Of a DNA stretch of 64,000 bases, positions 38,791 through 48,853 are shown in pieces. Location of the stretch: the NCBI GenBank assembly GCA_964541645.1, contig CAZIQT010000002.1, positions 7,096 through 71,095 of the forward strand, read 5' to 3'. Position 1 is the first letter of the stretch. Each line of letters begins with the position of its first letter. The position numbers were made by a program, and so were the translations under genes. This DNA comes from an uncultured Halobellus sp. (GTDB lineage: Archaea; Halobacteriota; Halobacteria; Halobacteriales; Haloferacaceae). The notes under the pieces were generated by a model. The model saw nothing but the letters and a program-made list of their open reading frames with translations, was not told the DNA's origin and searched no databases.

Positions 38791-39102
38791 ATGTCTCCAC
38801 GATTCGACCGTCGAACCCACGGGGCGGAGGAGCGTCGCACGGACGACCGAACGGCCCGACCGTCCCGCCGGAGCGTCGGCATCCGGGCGGTCGTGGTGTA
38901 CGAGCGGAACGAACACGGAGCCATGACGCTGCGGTGCGACAGCACCGACGCGACGTACCAGGTGGTCGGCTACGCGTCCCCGGAGCTCCGCGCGGTCGCC
39001 GGCCGACTCGAACGCGGCGCCACGGTCGAGGCGGAGCTGGTCCGGGTCGGGTGCCGTGGGAACGGGTGGTGGCTCCGGGCGCTGACCGTTCCGGTCGGGT
39101 GA
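38791..39102 (+). CDS. Hypothetical protein
   Basis: ATG at 38791; C-terminal N.HGA.TL...L.RVGCRGN.W; no function recognised. Confidence 0.5.
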   Translation: MSPRFDRRTHGAEERRTDDRTARPSRRSVGIRAVVVYERNEHGAMTLRCDSTDATYQVVGYASPELRAVAGRLERGATVEAELVRVGCRGNGWWLRALTVPVG

Positions 39103-39199
39103 CGCCGGCGCCCGCCTGGTGAGACCGCACCGGCCGGTCGTCCGGGCGACCGGTCCGGCACCGTGCAAGGTAAAGTGGGTCTGCCGCGGACGTGGGGGT

Positions 39200-39685
39200 A
39201 TGAGCGACGACGTCACCGACGCGGTCGACGAGGCGATCCTGTACGCGCTCCAGGAGGACGCCCGGAACATCTCCTCGGGGGAGATCGCCGAGCGGACTGG
39301 GACCTCGGGCAGCACCGTCCGCAAGCGGATCCAGCGGCTCGAATCCGAGGGCGTCATCAAGGGGTACAGCGCGGAGGTCGACTACCAGCGGTCGGGCTAC
39401 CCGCTCCGTATGCTGTTGTTCTGCACCGCGTCGATCGCCGAGCGCGGCGACCTCATCCCCGAGATTCTCCGGATCGACGGGGTGGTGTCGGTCCAGGAGC
39501 TCGTCACCGGCGACCGGAACCTGCTGGTGACGGCGGTCGGCGAGTCCGACGGCGACATCACGCCGGTGGCCCAGGAGCTCGTCGAGATGGGGCTGACCGT
39601 GGCCGACGAGGTGCTGGTCCGGAGCCACGAGACCACGCCGTTCGGCCGGTTCGACGGCGACGGCGTCGGCGACGCGGAGTCCTAA
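39200..39685 (+). CDS. Lrp/AsnC-family transcriptional regulator
   Basis: D.AILYALQEDAR, STVRKRIQRLE.EGVIKGY HTH, GV..V.EL.TG RAM domain. Confidence 0.92.
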   Translation: MSDDVTDAVDEAILYALQEDARNISSGEIAERTGTSGSTVRKRIQRLESEGVIKGYSAEVDYQRSGYPLRMLLFCTASIAERGDLIPEILRIDGVVSVQELVTGDRNLLVTAVGESDGDITPVAQELVEMGLTVADEVLVRSHETTPFGRFDGDGVGDAES

Positions 39686-40698
39686 TACAGGACCCGGTCG
39701 ACGTCCAGTCCGGTCGCCCGCCGGACCACCGCCCGGACGGGGTCCTCGGTGCCGGCGAGGTTGTCGGAGTCGCCGTCGAACACCACGAGCGCCGCCCGCT
39801 TCCCGGGGGCGATGACACCGCAGTCCAGCCCCACGGCCTCGGCGCCGGCCCGCGTCGCCATCCCCAAGACCTCCCGGGCGGTCACGTCGAACTGCTTTGC
39901 GGTGTACGCCATCTCCCGGAGCATCGACGGGGCGTTCAACATGACGTTGTCGGTCCCGAGCGCGACGGTGGTGTGATCCAGCAGCTCCCGCAGCGGCACC
40001 GCGCCCACGCCGAGCACGGTGTTCGCCCGGGGACAGACCGCCACCGGGACCTCCTGGTCGGTCACGCGGTCGAGGTGCTCCGCGCCGGCGTGGACCATGT
40101 GGACGAGCAGGTCGGGGTCCAGATCGAGCGCGGGGTAGATGTCGGTGGCGTCGGGCTCGCCGGCGTGGATCGCAAAGGGCACCCCGCGGTCGGCCGCGGC
40201 GGCGCGCTCGTCGGCGAACTCGTCGTCGTTGGCGCCGCTGGCGCCGTATCCGTCGGCGACGTCGAGTACCGAGGCGTCCCCGCTGCCGAAGATGAACGGG
40301 TCGACCGGCGTCGGCTCGGCGGCGTCCCGGAGCGCACGGGCGCCGGCCGGCCCCGACTCCCGGAAGTCGAGACACCGGGCCGTGCCGGTGCGGTGCATGA
40401 ACCCGAGGGTGCGGCGCATCGCCGCCACCAACTCCGCCCGGGTGGCGGCGGCGAGCCGGCGGTGTTTGAGACTGTTCGGGGGGGCGACCGCCTCGTCGAG
40501 CGAGAGACCCACACCGGCTTCCTTCGCGACGGAGTCGCCGAGGTGGGTGTGTGCGTTGACGAACGCCGGGACGACGATGTCGGTCGACGACGTCGACGCC
40601 TCCTCGACCGCCGTGATCCGGCCGTCCTCGACTATGACGCGCCCGGAGACGGGATCGAACGACTCCCCGACCAGGACGGTGCCCGCGACCTCCTCCAT
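39682..40698 (-). CDS. Metal-dependent amidohydrolase (deaminase-like)
   Basis: VNAHTHLGD, IHAGE, VHMVH, CPRAN, ALGTDN. Confidence 0.88.
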   Translation of the reverse strand: MEEVAGTVLVGESFDPVSGRVIVEDGRITAVEEASTSSTDIVVPAFVNAHTHLGDSVAKEAGVGLSLDEAVAPPNSLKHRRLAAATRAELVAAMRRTLGFMHRTGTARCLDFRESGPAGARALRDAAEPTPVDPFIFGSGDASVLDVADGYGASGANDDEFADERAAAADRGVPFAIHAGEPDATDIYPALDLDPDLLVHMVHAGAEHLDRVTDQEVPVAVCPRANTVLGVGAVPLRELLDHTTVALGTDNVMLNAPSMLREMAYTAKQFDVTAREVLGMATRAGAEAVGLDCGVIAPGKRAALVVFDGDSDNLAGTEDPVRAVVRRATGLDVDRVLY

Positions 40699-40908
40699 AC
40701 CCGAATCCCGGGGTCCGTGGTGTTATGGGTTTCTACACCCGCCGGCGGGCCGCGCGGACCCGGGGAGGGTGACCATCACGTTCTATAATTCAGGTTTCGG
40801 GAACGTTCTGGTAATTTAGACAGATTTAATAACCGTTTCGTTCGTATATCCGGCAGCGACGACCGATACCCGGAGCCACGACGGTGTCGGTCGCGGACGG
40901 TTCGAACG

Positions 40909-42396
40909 ATGACGGAACAACAGAAGACGACGACGATCGGACAGCTCCCGACGCCGACAGCCACGGACGCCCGGCTCCCGCGGGTCCTGACGCGACTCGT
41001 GTGGGGGCTCTGGGTCGCGAGCCTCGGCGTGGCGGGCGTCCGGGTCGCCACCGGCGCCACGTGGGGGGTCGACGGCCTCGTGGTCGTCGACGGGCTGACG
41101 GCCGTGATGTGGGCGACGGTCACTTTCTTCAGCGGCATCGTCCACACCTACGCCCGGCGGTATCTGGCCGGCGACCGGAACGTCGAGGGGTTCTTCCTGC
41201 GCGTGTTCGCGTTCACGCTGACGGTGATGGTTCTGGTCGCCGCCGACGGCTTCGCGCTGTTCGGGGCGGCGTGGGTCGCGATGGGGCTCGTGATGGCCGG
41301 CCTGATCGGACACGTCGAGGGGTGGACACAGGCCCGGGCCGCCGCGGGGCTCGCCCGCCGGTACTTCCTGGCCGGCGGCGCCGCGTTCGCGGCCGCGCTC
41401 GGCGTGCTGTGGTGGACGACCGGCACCGCGTCGGTGTCGGGGCTGCCCGCGGCCGTCGCGGCCGCGCCGTCCGGCGTCGTGGTGTTCGCCGCCGCCGCGC
41501 TCCTGCTCGCGGCGATGATTCAGTCGGCGCTGGTCCCGTTCCACGGGTGGCTGCTCTCGTCGATGACCGCCCCCACACCGGCGTCGGCGCTGATGCACGC
41601 CGGGTTCGTCAACGCCGGCGGGATCCTGCTCGTGCGGTTCGCGCCGGTGGTGACCGCCGAGGCCGGCGTGCTGCTCGCGGCCGTGCTCGTCGGCGCGGCG
41701 AGCGCGATCCTCGGAAAGTTCCTGAAGACCGTCCGCACGGACGTCAAGGGCGAACTCGGCTGCTCGACGGTCGGGCAGATGGGCTTCATGATCGTCCAAG
41801 CCGGGCTCGGGTTCTTCGGGGCCGCGGTCACCCACCTGATCCTCCACGGGTTCTACAAGGCGTACCAGTTCCTCGGGTCCGGCGGCGAGGTCGCTCACGA
41901 GCGCCCGGCCGAGTCGGCCGACACCGGCTCCGTGACCCCGCTGGGGGTCGCCGTGACCGGCGGCACCGCGGTCGCCGGCGGCGTCACGTTCGCCGTGTTG
42001 ACCGGCAAGGGAACCGCGTTCGACGCCGGGCTGCTCCTCGCCGGCCTCGTGGTGCTGACGGTGCTCCACGCCGCCCGGGAGGTGACGGCCGACGCCGCGC
42101 TTCCCCCGGTAGTTCGCTACGGCGCCGTGCCGGCGGTCGCGCTGCCGGCGATCGCGGTCTACGCCGGCGTCTATTCCCTCGTCGCCGGGCTGGTGTCCGA
42201 GCTCCCGGCGGTCGGGGAACCCGCGGCGCTGACCCCGGTTCACGGGGTCGTCGCCGTGGGGTTCCTCGCGGCGTATCTCGCGGTGGAGACCCGCGCGTAC
42301 ACCCGCAGCCGGCGGCTCTACGTGACGCTGCTCAACGCCGGCGAACCGGCCCTTGACACCCAGGTGTCGGCCGCGGAGGACTACGATGAGTACTGA
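40909..42396 (+). CDS. dabB: NuoL/ND5-like proton-conducting membrane subunit of a DAB inorganic-carbon transporter
   Basis: YA.RYL.GD, QSALVPFHGWL..SMTAPTPASALMHAG.VNAGG, DVK..L..ST.GQMGFM, HLILHG.YKAY.FL; overlaps DUF2309 gene. Confidence 0.85.
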   Translation: MTEQQKTTTIGQLPTPTATDARLPRVLTRLVWGLWVASLGVAGVRVATGATWGVDGLVVVDGLTAVMWATVTFFSGIVHTYARRYLAGDRNVEGFFLRVFAFTLTVMVLVAADGFALFGAAWVAMGLVMAGLIGHVEGWTQARAAAGLARRYFLAGGAAFAAALGVLWWTTGTASVSGLPAAVAAAPSGVVVFAAAALLLAAMIQSALVPFHGWLLSSMTAPTPASALMHAGFVNAGGILLVRFAPVVTAEAGVLLAAVLVGAASAILGKFLKTVRTDVKGELGCSTVGQMGFMIVQAGLGFFGAAVTHLILHGFYKAYQFLGSGGEVAHERPAESADTGSVTPLGVAVTGGTAVAGGVTFAVLTGKGTAFDAGLLLAGLVVLTVLHAAREVTADAALPPVVRYGAVPAVALPAIAVYAGVYSLVAGLVSELPAVGEPAALTPVHGVVAVGFLAAYLAVETRAYTRSRRLYVTLLNAGEPALDTQVSAAEDYDEY

Positions 42397-44863
42397 CGAG
42401 ACCCCCCACATCGAGAGTTGTATCGACGCCGCGGCCGACGCGGTCGGCGCGGCGTGGCCGCTTCACTCCTTCGTGACCGCGAACCCCCTCTCGGGGTTCG
42501 AGGATCGGCCGTTCCACGAGGCCGTCGCCGACGCCGGCCGGCTGCTGGGCGGCGACGGCTACCCGAGCGCGTCGACCGTCCGGGACGCGTGGACCGAGGG
42601 CCGGATCGACCCCGACACGCTGCGCGCGGAGCTCGACGCACACGGGTACGACACCGACCCCGAGGCGTCGCTCGACGCGATGGCCGCCGCGGAGTCTGGG
42701 TCCGACGCCGGCGACACGGCGTCGCCCACGACCGACCGGGTCGACGCCGTCCTCACGAAGTGGCTGGCGGCGTTCCTCGACCAGGGCCAGGCGGCGTGGC
42801 CGATGCCGGACCGCGACCGCGGGTTCTACGCGGCGTTCCGGGGGCTCGCTCGCCACGACGGCGACGTTCCGGGCGCCGGCGCGCTCGCCGACCTCCCGGA
42901 GGACCCGGTCGACGCGATCCGGAGTCAGCTCGATGGCCTCCCCCCCGAGCGGTGGGAGGCGATCCTGGCGTTCCACCTGGCGGCGCTCCCCGGCTGGACC
43001 GGGCTGGTGAAGCGCCGGGCCGCCGACGGCGGCGCGTGGCAGTCGGCGTACCCGGTCACCCTCGCGGGGTATCTGGCGGCCCGGCTGGCGCTCGTCGAGC
43101 GGTTCGACGCCCCGCTGACGCCCGCGGAGGCCCCCGGCGGGGAGGACGCGGCGCGGTCAGCGCCCGGGACCGTCCCCCGCGCGGAGGCGTGGTTGACCGC
43201 GTGGGAGGCGACCTACCGGGCGGAGCTGACCGACGCGTTGACCCACGCGAGCGAGCGGCTGGCGCGCGACGACGACGACGGCGGGGACCGTCCCGACGCA
43301 CAGCTGACGTTCTGTATCGACACCCGCTCGGAGATCATCCGCCGGCACGTCGAGGCCGCCGGCGACTACGAGACCCACGGGTACGCGGGCTTCTTTGGCG
43401 TGCCGATGCGGTACGACGGCTACGGCGCCGACGTGACGATCGACGCGTGTCCGCCGATCGTCGACGCCGAACACCGGATCGCCGACCGTCCCGCGACGGG
43501 ACGCGGCGGGGAGGCGGCGGCACACGACCGGTGGCACGCCGCGCTCGACCGCGCGACCGAGGCGATCGAGGACCTCCGGTCGAACGCCGCGACCGCGTTC
43601 AGCTTCGTCGAGAGCGCCGGCGCGGGGTACGCCGCGGGGCTGGCGCTCCGGACCCTGCTCCCCCAGCGGGTCCACGACCTGCTCGACGCCGCCGACCGGC
43701 GGCGCCCACACGCCCACGAGTTCTGCACGCCCGACTTCGAGGCCGCCGACGGCGACGGTGACCTCCCCGAGGGACTCACGCTCGAAGAGCGGGTGGCGTA
43801 CGCCGCCGCGGCGTTCGAACTCACCGGGATCGAGGAGTTCGCCCGCGTCGTCGCGTTCGTGGGGCACGCCAGCCGGACGACCAACAACCCCTTCGGTTCG
43901 AGCCTGGACTGTGGCGCCTGCGCCGGCAACCCCGGCGGCCCGAGCGCCCGCGTCCTCGCCGCGATCTGCAACAACGACGCGGTCCGGGCGGAGCTCCGCG
44001 ACCGCGGGATCGACGTGCCCGACGACACCGTCTTCGTCGCCGGCGAGCACGACACCACGATCGACGCGGTGACGCTGTACGACGGGGACGTCCCCGACTC
44101 CCACGCCGACGATCTCGAACGGCTCCGGGCGGACCTCGAAACCGCCCGCGCCGGCGCGGCCGCGGAGCGCGCCGGGGACATGGGCGCGGGGGTGGCGTCC
44201 GACGCCGACGCCGCCGTCCGAGAGGTCGAGCGCCGCGCGGCCGACTGGGCGGAGACGCGCCCCGAGTGGGGGCTCGCCGGGAACGCGGGGTTCGTGATCG
44301 GCCCCCGCGAACTCACCGCCGACCTCGACTTGGACGCGCGGTCGTTCCTCCACTCCTACGACTGGCGGACCGACCCCGACGGCGACGCGCTGGAGGCCAT
44401 CCTCACGGGGCCGATGGTGGTGACCCAGTGGATCAACGCCCAGTACTACTTCTCGACGGTCGACGCCGCGGTCCACGGCAGCGGCTCGAAGGTGACGCAG
44501 AACCCGGTGGGCAACGTGGGCGTCTACCAGGGGAACGGGGGCGACCTGCGGACGGGGCTGCCGTCGCAGTCGGTGATGGCCGCCGACGGCGAGCCGTACC
44601 ACCAGCCCCTCCGGCTGTCGACGGTCGTCCACGCCCCGACCGACCGCGTGACCGAGATCCTCGCCGACCACGGCGACCTGGCGGGGCTGCTCGACAACGG
44701 GTGGCTCTCCGTGACCGTGGTCGACCCCGAACGGGACCACCGCGCGTTCCACTACGCCGGCGACCTCGAGTGGACGCCGGCGGCGGCGCCGGAGCCGGCA
44801 CCGGCGGCCACCGCCCCGGAAGCCGAACCGACGGCGCCGGCCGCCCCCGCCGACGACGACTGA
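42386..44863 (+). CDS. dabA: DUF2309/UPF0753 beta-carbonic-anhydrase-like DAB subunit
   Basis: WPL.SFVT.NP; Zn-ligand motifs FCIDTRSE, GHAS, LDCGAC; DWAETRPEWGLAGNA, FLHSYDW, QWINAQYYFSTVD, GNGGDLRTGLP. Confidence 0.9.
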   Translation: MSTDETPHIESCIDAAADAVGAAWPLHSFVTANPLSGFEDRPFHEAVADAGRLLGGDGYPSASTVRDAWTEGRIDPDTLRAELDAHGYDTDPEASLDAMAAAESGSDAGDTASPTTDRVDAVLTKWLAAFLDQGQAAWPMPDRDRGFYAAFRGLARHDGDVPGAGALADLPEDPVDAIRSQLDGLPPERWEAILAFHLAALPGWTGLVKRRAADGGAWQSAYPVTLAGYLAARLALVERFDAPLTPAEAPGGEDAARSAPGTVPRAEAWLTAWEATYRAELTDALTHASERLARDDDDGGDRPDAQLTFCIDTRSEIIRRHVEAAGDYETHGYAGFFGVPMRYDGYGADVTIDACPPIVDAEHRIADRPATGRGGEAAAHDRWHAALDRATEAIEDLRSNAATAFSFVESAGAGYAAGLALRTLLPQRVHDLLDAADRRRPHAHEFCTPDFEAADGDGDLPEGLTLEERVAYAAAAFELTGIEEFARVVAFVGHASRTTNNPFGSSLDCGACAGNPGGPSARVLAAICNNDAVRAELRDRGIDVPDDTVFVAGEHDTTIDAVTLYDGDVPDSHADDLERLRADLETARAGAAAERAGDMGAGVASDADAAVREVERRAADWAETRPEWGLAGNAGFVIGPRELTADLDLDARSFLHSYDWRTDPDGDALEAILTGPMVVTQWINAQYYFSTVDAAVHGSGSKVTQNPVGNVGVYQGNGGDLRTGLPSQSVMAADGEPYHQPLRLSTVVHAPTDRVTEILADHGDLAGLLDNGWLSVTVVDPERDHRAFHYAGDLEWTPAAAPEPAPAATAPEAEPTAPAAPADDD

Positions 44864-44939
44864 CGGCGCGGGCGCCGGAGGCCCCCCGGACCCCGAGCCG
44901 ACCGACCGGTTTAATCAGCCCTCGGCGCGTAGGGCCGGT

Positions 44940-45359
44940 ATGATATCGCGGGCCCTCGTACCGGTGGACGAATCCGAGATGGCCGAGCGGGCCCTGGAGT
45001 ACGCCCTCGAGAACCACTCCGGCGCCGACATCACCGTACTGTACGTCGCCGGGGGTCCCTCGGCCATGGGCGGGGCGGCGGCGGGGCTGGCGCTCGAAGA
45101 CGACGCCTCCGGGGCCGCCGAGGCGGCGGCCGAGGAGGTGTTCACGAAGGCACGGGAGGCCGCGGCGGAACGGGGCGTCGAGATCGACACCGAGGTCGGG
45201 ATGGGTCACCCCGTGCGCGTCATCCTGAACCGCGCCGGGGAGTACGACGTCGTGGTGCTCGGGAGCCACAGCGGGTCGCTGACCGATCGGCTGTTCGTCG
45301 GCAACGTCGCGAAGAAGGTGGCCCACCAGTCGCCCGTTCCGGTGACCGTCGTTCGGTGA
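44940..45359 (+). CDS. Universal stress protein (UspA family)
   Basis: LVPVD.S, G.P...I, VLGSHSG, GNVAKKV...SPVPVTVVR. Confidence 0.92.
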   Translation: MISRALVPVDESEMAERALEYALENHSGADITVLYVAGGPSAMGGAAAGLALEDDASGAAEAAAEEVFTKAREAAAERGVEIDTEVGMGHPVRVILNRAGEYDVVVLGSHSGSLTDRLFVGNVAKKVAHQSPVPVTVVR

Positions 45360-45510
45360 GCGGTCGGGAGAACCGTCCGGGAGGTGGGCAGCCCCCCGGG
45401 GGTCTCCGACTGGAGACAACAGGACACGAGGCGACGACGCGTCGAACTCGGGCCCTGCCATCGGTATATACGAGCCGCGGACGTATTGAGCGTTGCCCCG
45501 GGGAGCGTCA

Positions 45511-45613
45511 GTACTGTTCAGGTGAGAGTGAGAGCAGTATGAACGGCGAGGTGAAGACCTCGGACGCCCCGCCCGTCGGTGGGTTTCCTGCCGGTCGCCG
45601 CTTGAGTAAACAC
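45511..45613 (+). repeat. Dispersed structured intergenic repeat, copy B (inverted relative to copy A)
   Basis: Homologous to the reverse complement of 37158-37275; contains the perfect hairpin CGAGGT-GAAG-ACCTCG. Confidence 0.75.
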
Positions 45614-45628
45614 GACTGGAAGCGCCGC

Positions 45629-46321
45629 TCAACTCAGGAACAGCCGCCGGTCAGCGCGCTCGTGGTCCGCCGAGAGCACGTCCACGAGCGGGGTGAACGA
45701 CGTCATCCCGTCGAGCGTCCGGTCGGCGCTGTCGTCGACGGCCGCCCGGACCGTCGGCCGGAGGTCGTCGAGGGTGCGCTGGACCGCGGTGTGACCCGCC
45801 GGAAGCAGGCGCTGGGCCGCGCCGAGCAGCCCGGTCAGGAAGCCGTGGCAACACGCCAGACACGCCCGTCGTTCCCCCACGCCGGCCCGTCCGGTCACGG
45901 CCCCCAGCACGGCCGGGTAGGTGCCCGGGGCCGTGCCGTCGTCGACCGCGTCGGCGTAAGCGTCGAGCAGGGAGTCCGACCGGAGGTCACGCTGGAGCGA
46001 GAGCAGCCGGGCGCCCGACCGGGTGGCGCTCTCGCGGAACTCCGCCGGAACGGTCGCCGCGTTCAGCCGGCGGTCGGCCTCGCGGATCCCCGCGACGTCG
46101 TCGTCACGCGCGGCGGCGTGGGCCGCCCGCAACGCTACGAGGTCGGCCGTGCCGACCTGGTTTCGGAGGTAGGTTTCGAGCAGCGCGTGCAGGTCGGAGA
46201 CGTCCGCCACGCGGCCCGTCTCGACGAACCGTTCGAGGCCGTAGGACATAGAGTTCGTACCCACTGGGAGGGCGGAGTCCGCGAGCCGGAACGCTTCCAG
46301 CGCCGCGTCGTCGTCAGCCAT
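45629..46321 (-). CDS. ureF: Urease accessory protein UreF
   Basis: LADSALPVG...SYGLE, AAQRL, HE....RLF.S C-terminus. Confidence 0.9.
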   Translation of the reverse strand: MADDDAALEAFRLADSALPVGTNSMSYGLERFVETGRVADVSDLHALLETYLRNQVGTADLVALRAAHAAARDDDVAGIREADRRLNAATVPAEFRESATRSGARLLSLQRDLRSDSLLDAYADAVDDGTAPGTYPAVLGAVTGRAGVGERRACLACCHGFLTGLLGAAQRLLPAGHTAVQRTLDDLRPTVRAAVDDSADRTLDGMTSFTPLVDVLSADHERADRRLFLS

Positions 46322-46955
46322 CGCCGTCCTCCGTAGCGGGAGGCCCACGGCCGGGGATGTCCGCGTGCGAGTGCGCGTGGTCGTGTGCGTGCGCACCACC
46401 GCCGTGCTCGTGGGCGTGTGTGTGCTCGTCGCCGTTCCCGCCGTGGTCGTGTGTGTGGCCGTCCGCACCGTGACTGTGGTCCGGCACGTGCCCGTCGTCG
46501 AACGTCGTCGGCGGGACCGACTCGAAGCGGGTCGTCACCCCCGCTGGGAGGTCGCCGTCGATCGCCGACCGCATCCGCTCGCGGGAGTCGGGCACCGGAA
46601 ACAGCGCCTCCGAACCTCGGACCGCGAGGTCCCAGTGGCGGTTTCCGGCGGCGTGACCCACGGCGAGCGCCGCGGTCGCGGACACGTCGGCGTCGCCGAA
46701 GTCGATCACGAGGGCGTCGACGGCGGCGAGTTCGACGACGAGCAGCGCGCCGTCGTCGGTTTCGAGCACGTCGCCGTCGCCGAGCTCCCGGGCGACGACG
46801 ATCCCCACGTCGGTTCCCTCGACCGTCTCCGTTCGGACCCGGGAGCGCCGGCGCTCGACGTCCGAGAGCACCACGCGGAGGGGGTCGATGCCGGCGAGCC
46901 GCGACGCCACCGCCCCGTCGTCCCGGTGGCCGAGATACCGCTCTGCGACCAGCAT
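46314..46955 (-). CDS. ureE: Urease accessory Ni chaperone UreE
   Basis: RR.R.R..T..G, L.DGDVL, GH..GNRHW, His-rich C-terminal tail. Confidence 0.88.
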   Translation of the reverse strand: MLVAERYLGHRDDGAVASRLAGIDPLRVVLSDVERRRSRVRTETVEGTDVGIVVARELGDGDVLETDDGALLVVELAAVDALVIDFGDADVSATAALAVGHAAGNRHWDLAVRGSEALFPVPDSRERMRSAIDGDLPAGVTTRFESVPPTTFDDGHVPDHSHGADGHTHDHGGNGDEHTHAHEHGGGAHAHDHAHSHADIPGRGPPATEDGDG

Positions 46956-47851
46956 CAGTACCGCCTCCCCGACGGGGCCGGCCCTCCGAGCAGGCGCCGT
47001 CGGCCCCGGTCCCGCGCGGCGTGGAGCGCCGCCACCGTCGTCTCCGCGCGGTGTCCGAGCGCGCGGACGACCGCGCCGGCGCCGTTCGGGAGCGCGGTCG
47101 CCCCGGCGCGCGCGTCGCAGCCGGCGACCGCCGCGTGGAGCCGGTCGCTCAGCGCCGCGGCGTCGCGGTCGGGCGCCACGACGAACAGCGATCCGTGGAC
47201 CGGGAACTCCCCGAGGACCCCCGGCGCGGTCGGGTCGGCGTCCTCTCCCAGGTGCGTCGCGTCCTCGAACAGCGGGCCGTCGGGGCCCGACCCGCGGACG
47301 CGCGAGCAGTACCGTTCGAACGCGAAGCGCTCGCCGCGCGCCAGCCGGCCGGGGACGACGACGTCGCCCAGGATCGCCGTGGCGTCGCCGGCGACGTCGA
47401 GGCCGGTCTCGACGTGGTAACGGGCGTCGGCGTGGAGGATCGTCGGCTCGGGAACGTACTCGAGGTGACCGCCCGGCCCGACCGACAGCGACACGTCCGC
47501 GGCCGCGTAGTTCCGGCCCATCGACTGGACCTTCGTCGACCCGCCCGTCGAGACGTGGGCGAGCGCGTCGGCGCCGACGGCAACGTCGACGTTGCGGCGG
47601 TCCCCCTGCGCGACGCCGCCGGCCGACGACTGGACGAGGACGGTGGCCACGTCGGGATGCGGGTCGTGGTCGAGCGTCCCCGACACGTGGAACGGCGCGG
47701 TCGCGTAGTCCTCGATCAGCGCGGTGCCCCCCGCAGTCCGCCGGAACGTCAGCTCCAGCCGGCCGTCCTTCCCGGGGGAGCCGACCGCTGCCTGCGGGAG
47801 CGGCTCCGCGGCGTACGCCTCGAACGACGGGTGCGGGGCGTCGGCCGCCAT
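46955..47851 (-). CDS. ureD: Urease accessory protein UreD
   Basis: GGVAQGD, STKV..M, LEYVPEPTI, PGRLARGERF. Confidence 0.88.
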   Translation of the reverse strand: MAADAPHPSFEAYAAEPLPQAAVGSPGKDGRLELTFRRTAGGTALIEDYATAPFHVSGTLDHDPHPDVATVLVQSSAGGVAQGDRRNVDVAVGADALAHVSTGGSTKVQSMGRNYAAADVSLSVGPGGHLEYVPEPTILHADARYHVETGLDVAGDATAILGDVVVPGRLARGERFAFERYCSRVRGSGPDGPLFEDATHLGEDADPTAPGVLGEFPVHGSLFVVAPDRDAAALSDRLHAAVAGCDARAGATALPNGAGAVVRALGHRAETTVAALHAARDRGRRRLLGGPAPSGRRY

Positions 47852-48474
47852 CAGGCGAACAGCACCCCCTCGCGGACGTGGGTCAGGACCTCGTCGAGCC
47901 CCTCGCCGGCCTTGCAGTCGGTGAACACGAACGGGCCCTCGCGGACCGCGTCGGCGTCGCGTTCCATCGCGCCGAGGTCGGCGTCGACGTGCGGCGCGAG
48001 GTCCGTCTTGTTGATGACGAGGAGGTCGCAGTCCACGACCCCCGGGCCCCGCTTCCGCGGGATGTCGTCGCCCTCGGCGACGCTGATGACGTACAGCGAG
48101 TAGTCGGCGAGTTCGGGGTTGAACGTCGCCGCGAGGTTGTCGCCGCCGCTCTCGATCAGGACGAGATCCAACTCCGGATGGTCGCCGAGGAACGCGTCGA
48201 TCTGCCGGAGGTTCATCGAGGGATCCTCGCGGATCCCGGTGTGGGGGCACGCGCCGGTCTCGACGCCGGCGACCAGATCCGGCGGGACGACCCCATCGAA
48301 CCGCTCCCTGAGCCGGTCGGCGTCCTCCTGGGTCAGGATGTCGTTCGCGACCACGCCCACGTCGAGCCCGGCTGCCCGCAGTTCCGGGACGACCTCGGTC
48401 AGAAGCGAGGTCTTCCCGGAGCCGACCGGCCCGCCGATCCCGACGGTCGCGACGTCCCGGTGTGTGCGGCTCAT
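47851..48474 (-). CDS. ureG: Urease accessory GTPase UreG
   Basis: [34 protein letters not shown]. Confidence 0.95.
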   Translation of the reverse strand: MSRTHRDVATVGIGGPVGSGKTSLLTEVVPELRAAGLDVGVVANDILTQEDADRLRERFDGVVPPDLVAGVETGACPHTGIREDPSMNLRQIDAFLGDHPELDLVLIESGGDNLAATFNPELADYSLYVISVAEGDDIPRKRGPGVVDCDLLVINKTDLAPHVDADLGAMERDADAVREGPFVFTDCKAGEGLDEVLTHVREGVLFA

Positions 48475-48851
48475 TCCGGGTCCTCCTCGTCGGCCACCGC
48501 GTCCGTGCCGTGGGTCGCGTCGTCGCCGTCCCCGCCGTCGACGCTGTCGGCGCGGATCGGGTCGTGGACCGTGACCAGCTTGGTGCCGTCGGGGAACATC
48601 GGCTCGACCTGGACCATGTCGATCATCTCCGGGACCCCCTCCATCACGTCGTCGCGGCCGAGCAGCCCCGTCGCACCCGACCGGATCGCCGCGACGGACT
48701 GCCCCTCCCGGGCGCGCTCGATGCACCAGTCGCTGATGTACGCGACCGCTTCGGGGTGACTCAGCAGGACGCCGCGCCGCTTGCGGCGCCGTGCGACCTC
48801 CGCGGCGGTGAACACCGTCAGCCGTTCTTCCTCCTTTGGTGTGAGTTTCAT
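48471..48851 (-). CDS. ureA: Urease gamma subunit
   Basis: [33 protein letters not shown]. Confidence 0.95.
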   Translation of the reverse strand: MKLTPKEEERLTVFTAAEVARRRKRRGVLLSHPEAVAYISDWCIERAREGQSVAAIRSGATGLLGRDDVMEGVPEMIDMVQVEPMFPDGTKLVTVHDPIRADSVDGGDGDDATHGTDAVADEEDPE

Positions 48852-48853
48852 CG

